A stretch of DNA of 63,657 nt, the filler included, from Basidiobolus ranarum (taxonomy: Eukaryota), in the NCBI GenBank assembly GCA_040143965.1. It is 50 parts of 50 records of this genome, joined end to end, with 100 filler letters (N's around TTAATTAATTAA, not from the genome) between each part and the next. Parts side by side here need not be neighbours in the genome. Positions count along the whole stretch, not along the records: positions 38,331 to 39,504 come from JASJQH010013017.1; positions 39,605 to 40,778 come from JASJQH010013018.1; positions 40,879 to 42,052 come from JASJQH010013019.1; positions 42,153 to 43,325 come from JASJQH010013020.1; positions 43,426 to 44,598 come from JASJQH010013021.1; positions 44,699 to 45,871 come from JASJQH010013022.1; positions 45,972 to 47,143 come from JASJQH010013023.1; positions 47,244 to 48,415 come from JASJQH010013024.1; 42 more parts are not named here. One strand, written 5' to 3'. Numbering within the stretch: the stretch's first letter is position 1; each line of letters starts with the position of its first letter. The notes below the pieces were generated by a model, which did no database searches, was not told the DNA's origin, and saw nothing but the letters and a program-made list of their open reading frames with translations. The translations under genes and the position numbers were made by a program. This document shows, in pieces, positions 38,231 to 50,100 of this stretch.

Positions 38231-39604
38231 NNNNNNNNNNNNNNNNNNNNNNNNNNNNNNNNNNNNNNNNNNNNTTAATTAATTAANNNNNNNNNNNNNN
38301 NNNNNNNNNNNNNNNNNNNNNNNNNNNNNNTTAAGATATAGCCCATCAATATCATCAGCTGATTCTGAGACAGTGTCACAGATGAGCCATCAGGGGACTT
38401 ACATGATAATTCCAGTAATGGATGGCAATTTTGATTTATTGAAGCTGTTTCTAAGCAATTTCATTACACCAAGTTTACCATCTGAAAATTTCAATGCCAT
38501 TCAAAAAGCATTCAAAATCTTAATCAAATTTTGCTTCCAAGCCAAAGCCTGCTGGCACAAAAGGAAAAAAACAGCAAGAACAGAGGACTTAATTGATGAG
38601 CAGTCTAGCAATCCACTATCCACTTTGGAAGGCATTAACAATCTGAAAGGAATTGCAGGCAGAACACCATACTGACATGTATGCAATCACAAGTAAAAAC
38701 TACAGAGTTGCTATACAGGCCATGACAAGGAATAAAGTTTTTCATATCCAATTACAAAATCTTTGCACATTTGCTGTATCTGCCTGAGATCTGCCAATGT
38801 GAGTTGATGCTGTAAGAATATATTAACAATATCCACAGGTAACTCCCAATGTTGTCAATACTTATCAGGCAGAAATATTTTCAAAATTCTACTTGAATAT
38901 ATATAAATCCAATACCTCTAGTCTTTGCATTTGAATAAATGCCTAGATGAGTGGATATTGATGGAGGTCCTGGTAAAATAGGATGGTATCCTGATGTTTT
39001 GAAGCATTTTCCAAATTGGTTCAAATGTTGATCCTATCTCAAATGGCTCATTCATATTGAATTTTCCATTGTACCCTAAGAGAAATTTGAGGATTGTTAT
39101 TGTAGGAAAACCATCAAAATTTTAATCCATTTGGGATTGACTGTTTACTTACCATCATAAAATTGTCAGGTTAGATTTGATTTTGATCAATTTTTTCAGT
39201 TTCAGGAGTGAAACTTCAAGATCTTGCAATATAGTTGCGCATGATTGGCTAAAATCTCAGAGAACTATGGATGAACACATGTGCAAAAACATAACTCAAA
39301 TTTTACACAATTAACACTTGAATGCTAATTTGTCACCTTTGAAATCCCTAGTCTCTTTAATATATTCTCCTGAATATTTTTATAGAGTTCTTCATACTCA
39401 AGGTTTAGCTCATACCCAAGACAAGTTTGTATCAATATCTCCATCAAAGCCCACCATTGTATTAATGTTGCCAAATCAAAATTCTTCCAGCTATCTGGCA
39501 GATANNNNNNNNNNNNNNNNNNNNNNNNNNNNNNNNNNNNNNNNNNNNTTAATTAATTAANNNNNNNNNNNNNNNNNNNNNNNNNNNNNNNNNNNNNNNN
39601 NNNN

Positions 39605-40577
39605 ATTAGCATTAAAAAAAATAGTAACCCAGCTAAACCACATTGGATGACCCTTCCAATTCTGCAATTAAAGGCTCCATGAAGGATGCTAAAAGCACTC
39701 ATGACTGAGAGCCAGATATGTTGGATTTTATTGTGAACTACTTGGAGTGTTATATTTAGATTGTTTGAATGTGTATGCCTAGTAGAGTAAACTCCTTTAC
39801 TGTGACAAAATCAAGAGCAACATAGTGCCTTATGCTTGCCAAAATCTCTGGGTTTACTAATTAACGGAGTGCCACAAGTATATATAATGATTTTGGCTTT
39901 AAAAAAATACTCACCAAACTGAACCACATTGGGTAACCATTCCAATTCTGCAATCAAAGGCTCCATGAAGCAAGTAATAAGCACTGATGATTGAGTTCCA
40001 GATATGATGGATTTTATTGTAAACTGCTCTGAAAGAGTAAGATTTATATAAATTAAATATTTGGCCAGCAAGCCTTTAATTCATATATTTGTTTGGTGAG
40101 ACATCATCCAGAGCCAATGCAAATGCAAGATTGCACTTGTTCTCAAAGAAACGTTGACTTTTCAGATTTTAGTAGTAATATTCATCAAATATATTGTTAA
40201 TGCCATCAGCTTTGCAATGAGTACTTTGGTATTGGATCAAAGATCTGCAACTGGTGATTTCATCAATACTTCAAGACATGAAACCAATGGCAGGAATGCT
40301 AAATATGAGCAATATTTCCATGCTTCAGTGATTGCCAATTATGAGCAAATATTACATGACTTCAGGATATTCCAATCCCCAGTGAAAGCCAAACTACCAT
40401 TTGGATGTGCAGGTGGCTCAGTTACTGAAGGATCAAAATTCACATGCTTGACAAGTACTTGCCACTTATGCCAGGTCAATGGCAAGCTATAGTTGCAAAT
40501 CAATTGTGGTAAAAATTTTACAAAACCAGTATGGCTCATTTATATTGAATTTTCCACTATACAGCTGGGTAAGTAGT
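39605..40577 (-). pseudogene. Diverged CMC transposase subfamily fragments
   Basis: SIISG…FMEPLIAELEWL, LAFTGD; internal duplication at about 39630-39740 / 39925-40030. Confidence 0.7.
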
Positions 40578-40778
40578 TGTCACAATAAGGAACTGGACAA
40601 GGACTGGAAACAACAACAAGAGGCTAGAAGGCAGGAGAGTACTTGGGTGTAGACCACAAGACAAGAAAAGACTGGACAAGGAAGATACTTTGGCAAGAAT
40701 CTTTATTGATAACTGGTGTTGATCAGACTGAGGTCTGATCAAGGAATACATGGGGCTTATATAGATATTGCAAGGTGA
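40578..40778 (-). mobile_element. LTR family B, 3' part (…ATTGTGACA on minus)
   Basis: Same TGTCACAATAAG boundary at 4721 and 29912; TATA box and AATAAA on the minus strand. Confidence 0.65.
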
Positions 40779-40879
40779 NNNNNNNNNNNNNNNNNNNNNN
40801 NNNNNNNNNNNNNNNNNNNNNNTTAATTAATTAANNNNNNNNNNNNNNNNNNNNNNNNNNNNNNNNNNNNNNNNNNNNG

Positions 40880-41038
40880 AATGCTTGGATGAACTCACCC
40901 GAACATCGTAGAAATATCCTAAACCCAATCTTCACTCAAACTGGTATGGCGTATGACCCTCAAGGAAGCTATTGGACTCAGGATTTCGGTCGCCCTATGA
41001 CTTTACGAAGACGGTCAGCTAGAGTCTCCAGAAAGTAA
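40880..41038 (+). CDS. CAP/SCP-domain protein, C-terminus (partial)
   Basis: My translation NAWMNSPEHRRNILNPIFTQTGMAYDPQGSYWTQDFG…RK*. Confidence 0.88.
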   Translation, partial: NAWMNSPEHRRNILNPIFTQTGMAYDPQGSYWTQDFGRPMTLRRRSARVSRK

Positions 41039-41865
41039 TGATTGATTAGAATAGATGTAAAGTAATAGATGAGATGTATGTATTAATAGTATCATATTCC
41101 ACATGAATAAGTTATACCCACAATTCAGTACCTATTTTGTTTCAATTCTTCAAATTTTACTTGGGTACTCATCTGCAGTACCTGAACACTAAACATAGAT
41201 GCAACAATATATTACCTATATAATGTGGGTAATTCCATAATATGCAAAGTCAAATGTGGAAATTCCTGAAAGTACATTCTGGATATGCACTTTCTCGCAC
41301 TGGACTATTTATAGGTATTTCAGATCACAGCTACATACGAATCTATATATGTGCTTTCTATGTTATAAAGAAAACACATTTTCATGCTCTTTGCAGTTTT
41401 GTCAATTCAGAGGTTACCTAAGGAGATTATCGGCAGTTAAATACTACTTTTTTGACACTTAAACTCATCAGCTGCTATTAGATGAAAAAAAATAGCAACA
41501 TGGCGTTAACGTCGTTCTTAATAAGAAATAAAGTATGGAATCTCAGACATACAATCTCCAATGCATAAAGAACACGAAGGTTTTCAAAATCGAAATTTGT
41601 TTCGTGTTGTCACCTCCACAAGTGTGCTAATATGTATGTAAAGACTAAGAACATTTTAATTGCAAGTGGTTCACTCATTCACCTAATAGTCTCAATATGT
41701 TCAATTACAGTTATAAAGACATATTTATTAGATAGCAATGAATATGAATCTTCAAAGTATGTCAGCTATTACTCAGGTCACACATTTTTTCTTTTGGTTC
41801 CTTTACCTCAATCTCAAGAAGGCAGAGATTCGTTTGACCTGCAAAACGACTCCCATAACTTCTTC

Positions 41866-42051
41866 TTAGTGGCACAGAGACACATCCACATAGGCAATAT
41901 CTAGTAGCTTAGCATTGGCAATTAGAGTCGGACATCCTGGCTTAACTGACAATACTGGTGCTGTAGGCCCTGTATTTTTCTTACTGAGACATATGCTAGC
42001 GTCAACCTTGACTCCAAGAAGACTTAGGCTGTTGCAAATATCATTACACGA
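41866..42051 (-). CDS. Putative Cys-rich hydrophobic small protein, C-terminus (partial)
   Basis: Open 61 codons to the contig edge: SCNDICNSLSLLGVKVDASICL…GCPTLIANAKLLDIAYVDVSLCH*. Confidence 0.45.
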   Translation of the reverse strand, partial: SCNDICNSLSLLGVKVDASICLSKKNTGPTAPVLSVKPGCPTLIANAKLLDIAYVDVSLCH

Positions 42052-42152
42052 ANNNNNNNNNNNNNNNNNNNNNNNNNNNNNNNNNNNNNNNNNNNNTTAA
42101 TTAATTAANNNNNNNNNNNNNNNNNNNNNNNNNNNNNNNNNNNNNNNNNNNN

Positions 42153-43075
42153 ATCTAATATTAGCAACCAGGTGCTTATTGGTGTTCTTACACTTTTACC
42201 ACAGTCAATTGGCAACTGTTGCTTGTCACAGATCTGGTACAAGTGGAAAACAGTTGTCAATTGTATGACTTATAATCCTTCAGTAATTAAACTACCTTCA
42301 TGTCCAAAGGGTTGTTTGGCTTTCACCAGTGAACCAAGAAACCTGAAGTCATGTACTGCTTGTACACATTTGGCAATCACTGAATCAGGTACATATTGTT
42401 CACATTTGGCTTACATACCATTGATTCCCCATCTTAAAGTTTTGTTGAAATCACCCAAATATAGATCATTGATCCAATACCAAAGTACGCACCATAAAGT
42501 TGATAGTATAACCAATATACTTGATGGATATCACTATGACAATCTGAAAAGTCAAGGTTTCTTTGAGAACACATATGATCATGCACTTGCATTGGCTCTG
42601 GATGGTTTGTCACTTAACAGATATACAGTTGAAAAGGCTTGCTGGCCAATAATTTTAATCAACTTAAATCTTCCTCCTTCTGAATGGTTCAAGAGTCATT
42701 ATATTTTGATACTATCCATCATATCTGGACCTAAATCACCAGTGCTTATAGGTAGCTTCTTGGAGCCTTTGATTGCAGAATTTTAATGGTTATCTAATGG
42801 GGTTCAGATGGGTGAATAATTTATTAAAGCTAATATCATTGTATGTATTGGTGACACTCCTGCCATCAGTGAACTTGGAGGTTTTTGCAGGCACAATGCA
42901 CTATCTTGCTGTAGACTTTGTCAAATCAATGGCATTTACTCTAACAGGCATATGCATTACTACTATCCAAATACAACACTAAACTTCATGATTTCACTGT
43001 TAAGAGCCTGGTCAGATTTAATATGATCACTGATATCAATTCATCAAATAGTCAGTCTAACATCAAACTTTGCAT
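42153..43075 (+). pseudogene. CMC transposase, N-terminal/core part
   Basis: CPKGCLAF…SCTAC, YIPLIPHLK, ALDG, WPIILINLNLPP; stop at 42784-42786. Confidence 0.85.
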
Positions 43076-43425
43076 TAGACTTGTTTCATTGGACCAGGTC
43101 AGATTGTGCTGCTCAATCCAGCCTGCTAGTACACCATCTGGCACAATCTGTCAATTACTATGGCTGGGTCCTATAACACTTGATTAGACACTATTAGGAA
43201 CAATATGGCACTATCCCACCACAATCGGACACGATGATTTTTTTGGAGATATCATGCCAGCCCATACCAAGTTACCCAATTTAGTATTGCCAAATTACAA
43301 TTTTGGGTAACTGACAAAGTAAATTNNNNNNNNNNNNNNNNNNNNNNNNNNNNNNNNNNNNNNNNNNNNTTAATTAATTAANNNNNNNNNNNNNNNNNNN
43401 NNNNNNNNNNNNNNNNNNNNNNNNN

Positions 43426-44325
43426 AAACATCTTCTGCTTACATGGATTCCCTGATACTATCATGTCTGACCAAGGATCTCAGTTTGCTTCCAAACTCTG
43501 GAAAAGTCTCCTCCATACCTTGGGTATCTCTGCCAATCTCTACACTACCTTCCACCCCCAATCTGATGGCCAAACAGAAAGAGTCAATCAACTTTTGGAA
43601 CAACATTTGCAATGCACTATCAACAATAATCCGGATAATTGGACACAACTCTTGCCTCTTGCTGAATTTGCTTACAACAACTCTTATCATACCTCAACAA
43701 AACAAACTCTCTTCTTTGCAAATTACATATTCCATCCTTGTTTCACAATTCACCCACCATCCAATCTACCTTGCCATGCTGCCTCAGACCATGCCACTTT
43801 CCTTAAGGACATCCATAAACAACTAATATCTCAGTTAGAGCATGCTCAATCCCAATACAAGAAATTTGCTGATAAGAAAAGAAAGCAAAGCCCAGATCTC
43901 AAGCCAGAAGATTATGTTTGGCTACACTGGAGAAATAACAAAACCACTAGACCTTGTGATAAACTTGATCATGAAAGACTAGGACCTTTTAAGATTATTA
44001 AGCAAATCAATTCAGTAGCCTTCTGCCCTGAACTCTCAGTCCATTTCAAAGTCCACAATGTATCCCATGTGTCTCTCTTAGAGCCACATGCCAGAAACAC
44101 CTTTCAGGGCCAATCCATTGACCCATCCCCAGCAATCCAAGTGGAAGAACACTCTGAATATGAAGTTAGCAAAATTCTAGACTCCAGAATTTATCAATGT
44201 AAATTGCAATATCTAGTAGACTGGAAGGGATACTCAACAAATGATCAATCATGGGAGCCAGCAACAAAGTTTTCCAATTGCAAGGAGCTCTGCCAGGAGT
44301 TTCATGAAGCCTACCCAGAAAAACC
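43426..44325 (+). mobile_element. Ty3/gypsy chromovirus integrase with C-terminal chromodomain
   Basis: SDQGSQF, FHPQSDGQTERVN, AEFAYNN, GPF, EYEVSKILDSR…YLVDWKGY…SWEP. Confidence 0.93.
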
Positions 44326-44698
44326 TGTGCAATCTGTCAATTACAATGGCTGGATCCAATAATACTTGATTGGACACTATAAGGAACAATATGGCCCTAT
44401 CCTACCACAATTGGACATAACTATTTTATTGGAGATATTGTGCCAGCCCGTATCAAGTTCCCTAGCAGAAATATGAGGATTGTCAATGCAGAAAAACCAT
44501 CACAATTTTCATCCATTTGAGAATGACTGTTTACTTACCATCATAAAATTGTCAAGTTTGATTTGATTTTAATTAATTTTTTCAGTTTCAGGAGTGACNN
44601 NNNNNNNNNNNNNNNNNNNNNNNNNNNNNNNNNNNNNNNNNNTTAATTAATTAANNNNNNNNNNNNNNNNNNNNNNNNNNNNNNNNNNNNNNNNNNNN

Positions 44699-45871
44699 GT
44701 TTCTTTGAATTCCAAGAAATAACTCTATTACAGCAAAGAAATAAGTATCCTGTTATAGGTTACCTGTCTTCAATATCTCTTCCCCAATTTGCCTCTGAAT
44801 ATCCCATCAGAACAAAGTTTGATCCAGAATATGAATATTTTGAGCATAAGTCAACAGTACCTTTTAAATATCTGAAAATCTGCTTAACTGCTATGATTTG
44901 ATCAGATCCATATTTTTGAAGATATTAGCACATAGCTCCCACAGAATATGCAATATCTAGCCATATTTCAACTATGATATACATCAAACTACCAACCATA
45001 GATTGATAAGGAAATTTCTGGCTTTCATTTGAATCCAAAAAGTCTGATTTGAGCCATTTTTGGTCAAGTTAAGAATTGTCTCCATTGGGGCAGATTCTTG
45101 ATTACATTCTTCCATTTTAATCTTCTTTAGTGTATCTAGGATATACTTAGGCTGGTTTAAAGTTATTGTTTTGGTAGCTCTATATATCTTAATTTGTATT
45201 CCAAGATAGTGTGTCTGTTCACCAAGATCAGTCATTTTGAATTTGGCAGATAAGCTGGATTTGGTTTTCTCCAAAGTTTTCAAGTCATTGGTTGTTATAA
45301 TAAGGTTATCTACATATAGGGCTAATAAAACTGGGTTTGTCTAATCTGGACATAGCAGCATTATTCTTTTGGAATTTGAGTGTTTCCAAAAAACATGTAT
45401 CTTGCTATTCCAAGCTCTTGGAGACTGTTTTAAGCCATAGAGTGTTTTTGGGAGTCTGCAAACTTTTTTAGGGTTTTCTGGGTCCACAAATCCATCTGGC
45501 TGGTCCATATATATCTCCTCAGCAAGCTCACCATTCAAAAAAGCTGTTTTAACATCCATTTGATGTTTATTAAACTGATATTTAGCTGAAATTGCCAAAA
45601 TCAATCTATATGAATTAAACTTTGCTACAGGAGCAAAAGTTTAATCTATTCCTGGTGTTTGGGAATAGCCTTTGGCTACTGGTCTAGCTTTGTATCTATC
45701 TATATTGCCATCACAGCTGTATTTAACTTTCAACACCCATTGGCAGCCAATTGATTTTCCATCATCAGGTAAGTTGGTTAAAATCCAAGTTTGATTATCA
45801 ATCAAAGCCTGGTACTCATCAGCCATTGCAGATCTCCAAAATTTCATGTGAGGGCCATTCAGGGCCTCTTT
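44699..45871 (-). mobile_element. Ty1/copia reverse transcriptase, decayed
   Basis: [40 protein letters not shown]. Confidence 0.93.
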
Positions 45872-45971
45872 NNNNNNNNNNNNNNNNNNNNNNNNNNNNN
45901 NNNNNNNNNNNNNNNTTAATTAATTAANNNNNNNNNNNNNNNNNNNNNNNNNNNNNNNNNNNNNNNNNNNN

Positions 45972-46078
45972 ACGTAATAGGAAGCAGCTTGTTTGGCGTT
46001 GCCAACCCAGAAGGTGATATGATCGAATCCGCGGTAGGTAGTGGGCTGTTGAGCACCTTTGAATTCGTAGGAAGTCAT
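45972..46078 (-). CDS. HPD: 4-hydroxyphenylpyruvate dioxygenase, N-terminus (copy 1, partial)
   Basis: My translation [35 protein letters not shown] carries the eukaryotic [14 protein letters not shown] signature. Confidence 0.9.
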
Positions 46079-47046
46079 TTAGTATTGATCCAACTAATAA
46101 TGAAATAACTGATGTCGAGCCAAGCAACTCTCAAGTCCCAATATATATATGCCAACAGATGTTCACACGAGATTAAGACAATTTCATCATCATATAATCT
46201 CCTACCTAATTGATTTTTAGTGCTACGCACCAATAATTCTACTTTCATGTAAGTACTTGATGATTTCATGTAGAAATGTCTCATTACACCTCCACATTTA
46301 TTCTGATCGTGATATGGGGACATATTTAAGCCCCCTTTTTGGGTTCAATTTTCCAACTTTCAAATATCGAGTTCATTTTCCCACACGTACGAGCGTAATG
46401 ATTGAGTCACTAAGGTATGTGGAAGGAGTACCGCAAGCAATTAAGTACACTTGGCATGATTCTAATGCAAAAGTAACTAAATTGCCTGGCGGTATTCTAT
46501 AACCGCTAGTAAGTAAAACCCCTGTCCACATTTGCATGTTTGAACATGAGACTATCGTGTTAATGGTATGCTTGGCTGCGGGATTCACCAGACTTCAATC
46601 CGAAGCAGTTAAATCGGGATGACAATGACTCAAATACTCCGATTATACGTTTGAGATATGGGGCCCTTATCGAAGCCCCCTATAACTAGGATATATTCTC
46701 ACACAGTTGGCTTTCATTTTGATATATATAAACTTATATAATGAATTTCCCTCGGATTGATTGGACATTAAGAGCATCGATAGAGTCCTATGATCATGAG
46801 TGTATTGTATTAGCCTGGAAAAAAGGTTGGTATGATCACGAGCAAAAGAATCAAGCAAATGATTCAATTACTGCAATTTACTACGCCTCCAATAAAACCA
46901 ATTACTTGGAGCAACAGGTTCATAGGATACACGAGCAGGATCAATATAAATAAATCGATTCTTGTTTATGGAGGAAATACTATAAAATCACCAACTACTT
47001 TTACTCTGACTATCAGAATTTTATTTCATATCATATCAACATTTAA

Positions 47047-47143
47047 ATGACTTCCTACGAATTCAAAGGTGCTCAACAGCCCACTACCTACCGCGGATTC
47101 GATCATATCACCTTCTGGGTTGGCAACGCCAAACAAGCTGCTT
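47047..47143 (+). CDS. HPD: 4-hydroxyphenylpyruvate dioxygenase, N-terminus (copy 2, partial)
   Basis: Exact reverse complement of copy 1 over the shared length. Confidence 0.9.
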
Positions 47144-50100
47144 NNNNNNNNNNNNNNNNNNNNNNNNNNNNNNNNNNNNNNNNNNNNTTAATTAATTAAN
47201 NNNNNNNNNNNNNNNNNNNNNNNNNNNNNNNNNNNNNNNNNNNGAAAATATGGGCTGTTTGGAGGAACTTTAGAAAAGTGGAGTAGTGAATAGCTTTGTG
47301 AGATACTTATTTATTGTCCAGATATAAAGCATATATACATTTTGGTGGAAATACAGAAAACTAACACTGGGGTTGTGTGCAGAACATCTATGGGAGTTAA
47401 ATGAGCTATCTTTTGGGCAAATTTGACAAGTTTGAAATTTTCAATATGGATTTGCTAATTCTCAAATTATTCACATATATAGAGAATATAATACACCTTG
47501 TTCTCAATGTGATTGGTAATAAAAGTCAGCTATTTGCTAAGTGTCAATACTATTCAAAATCTCCAATGTTGAGCAACTTTTCCACCATTAGTTTGCTGGT
47601 AAAGCATAATGATGTTGTTGTGTGATATCTGATCAGTCAAGTATGTGCATATGTAGGGACTAAACACCACAAAATTCTTACATTTTTTGATCTCATCAGG
47701 GCTGAAATACAGCGTCTAAAATATCTAAATAAAGACAGGCATATTGTTTTGTGTTCCTATAGTAGTAAGCCCAGTAGTTGGCCATTTGAAGATTAGTTTC
47801 TTGCAAAAGTTGTTGGAAATAAAATGATGAATGCTAAATATGTGCATCAATATTTTACTACATATGAATGTGATCAAAATACCCTCAAGACACTGCCATC
47901 TCACAAATAAAATCCCTGGCAGAATGCTAGCCACCAATATTTTGACAGCTCTCTGATAGTTTTGCAATCCATAAGGGTGGATCTAATCCAGTTCAAATTA
48001 ATCATATTTCTTTAAGCAAGGGGATTTACATGATATTTCTGGTAATGGATGGCAACTTTGGTTTATTATAGGCTGTTTCTAAGCAATTTCATTACACTAA
48101 GTTTACCATCTGAAACTTTCAATGATATCCAAAAAGCATTCAAGATTTAAATCAAATTGGCCTCAAAGCAAAAGCCTGCTGGCACAAAAGAAAAAACACT
48201 ATGCAGAACAGAGGACTTAATGATGAGCAGTACAATGATCCAACATCCATTTTAGATGCCATAAACAAGCCAGAATTTAAATGAGGTACTGATGAAATAT
48301 GAATCAATTTCCCAGATGTGTTCCTTTCCAGCAATAGTACAAGTGAAGATATTGTAATCCCCCAATTACATACTAAGTCAATAGTTGAGCAAAGTTCAAC
48401 AGAAACATTGTCAAGNNNNNNNNNNNNNNNNNNNNNNNNNNNNNNNNNNNNNNNNNNNNTTAATTAATTAANNNNNNNNNNNNNNNNNNNNNNNNNNNNN
48501 NNNNNNNNNNNNNNNAGCTTTGTAAATGACTGTGTTACTTTGAAAGTTTATCATATTGAAATTAACATAGCCTAAGCACCCATATAGTCACATATAGCTT
48601 AGTATTTAGTTATTTCATATTGAACTCAAGAGGATTTTCCTTACAAGTTCTCAGATATGTAGATTTTTTAAACTTGTGCTTGAAGCCCCAAACTTTGCAC
48701 ACATGTTCCTAGGACCGTCCTTAGCACATTCTACATGTGTGTTTGCTTACATCCGGAAAAAACTCCAAATGTCAACTTTCAACTCAATAAATCAATAAGT
48801 GAAAACCACCATTTCTTCTAGCTCTCCAAACCCCTTCCAACAAACTCCCAAAATACCTCAACACTTACAGCATGTTTTGGATCATTATCTTGCTGGAATA
48901 TAAATATCTGGTGATCAATTTCAATATCAAGAGGTGCAGCTATAAACTCATCTTTAAAGTTATTTATATAAAGCTTAATATTCAATTACCCATTAACCTG
49001 ACCGATAAAGCCTGGTTCAACCCTAGTCACATAGCTTCAAATCATAATACTTCCACATCCACATCCAAATCTCACTATTACTATGGTTGCTACCTGTGAT
49101 AGCATTGATTCTATCAACAGAAATATACTAAATACTATCAGATCAAATTTTGTTCTAGTTTTGTCAGACTAGATTGTTTGCTTCCATATATCTATCACTT
49201 CATATACGAATTTGAGTTAAAAAACCAAATGTGCTTAAAACAGATATATCGCAATCACCACATATAGATGCTAATAACATAGGTATACTTTCACGAGCAG
49301 TTGCTTAAATGTGTTGAAATTAGTATAGCCTAAACATCTATATAGTCAAATATAGCTTAGTATTGGTTATTCCATATTGAACTGAGCAATTTAGAAGTTC
49401 TCAGATATATAGATTTTGATAACTTGTCCTAGAAGCCCCAAACTTTGCACACATGTTCCTGGGACTTTCCTTAACGTATTTTAAACATTTGTTTGTTTAC
49501 CTCTTGACGAAATTATTGGTGTTAACTTTATACTCAATAAATCAATAAGTGAAAACCATCGATTCTTCTAGTTCTCCAAACTACTTCAACAAAATGTATA
49601 TTCAGCAGTATTATGTGACTATTTGCCACGTATTTATTGACATCTATATTGCATCATATATATATTTGAATTAGTTATGAGCAACAGNNNNNNNNNNNNN
49701 NNNNNNNNNNNNNNNNNNNNNNNNNNNNNNNTTAATTAATTAANNNNNNNNNNNNNNNNNNNNNNNNNNNNNNNNNNNNNNNNNNNNAAGTTAGTTAACA
49801 TTACTTAGTCAAATATCACTTAGCTGAAAATTGGAACATATATTATATATATATGTGAATTATGTGAGAATTAGCAATTACATATTGGAAATTTCAAACT
49901 TGTCCAAATTGCCCCAAAGATAGCTCATTTTACTCCCACAGATGTTCTGAACACAACCCCAGTGTTAGTTTTCTGTATTTCCACCAAAATGTATAAATGC
50001 TTAATTTCTGGTCAATAAATAATTATCTCACAAAGCTATTCACAACTTCACTTTTCTAAAGTTCCTCCGAATAGCCCATATTTTCCCAATAAATACAGTG

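Noticed and set aside
48555-49591. Two LTRs about 450 bp apart as a TRIM element
   Set aside because: No PBS after the first or PPT before the second, and the LTRs are clearly diverged; more likely independent solo LTRs.
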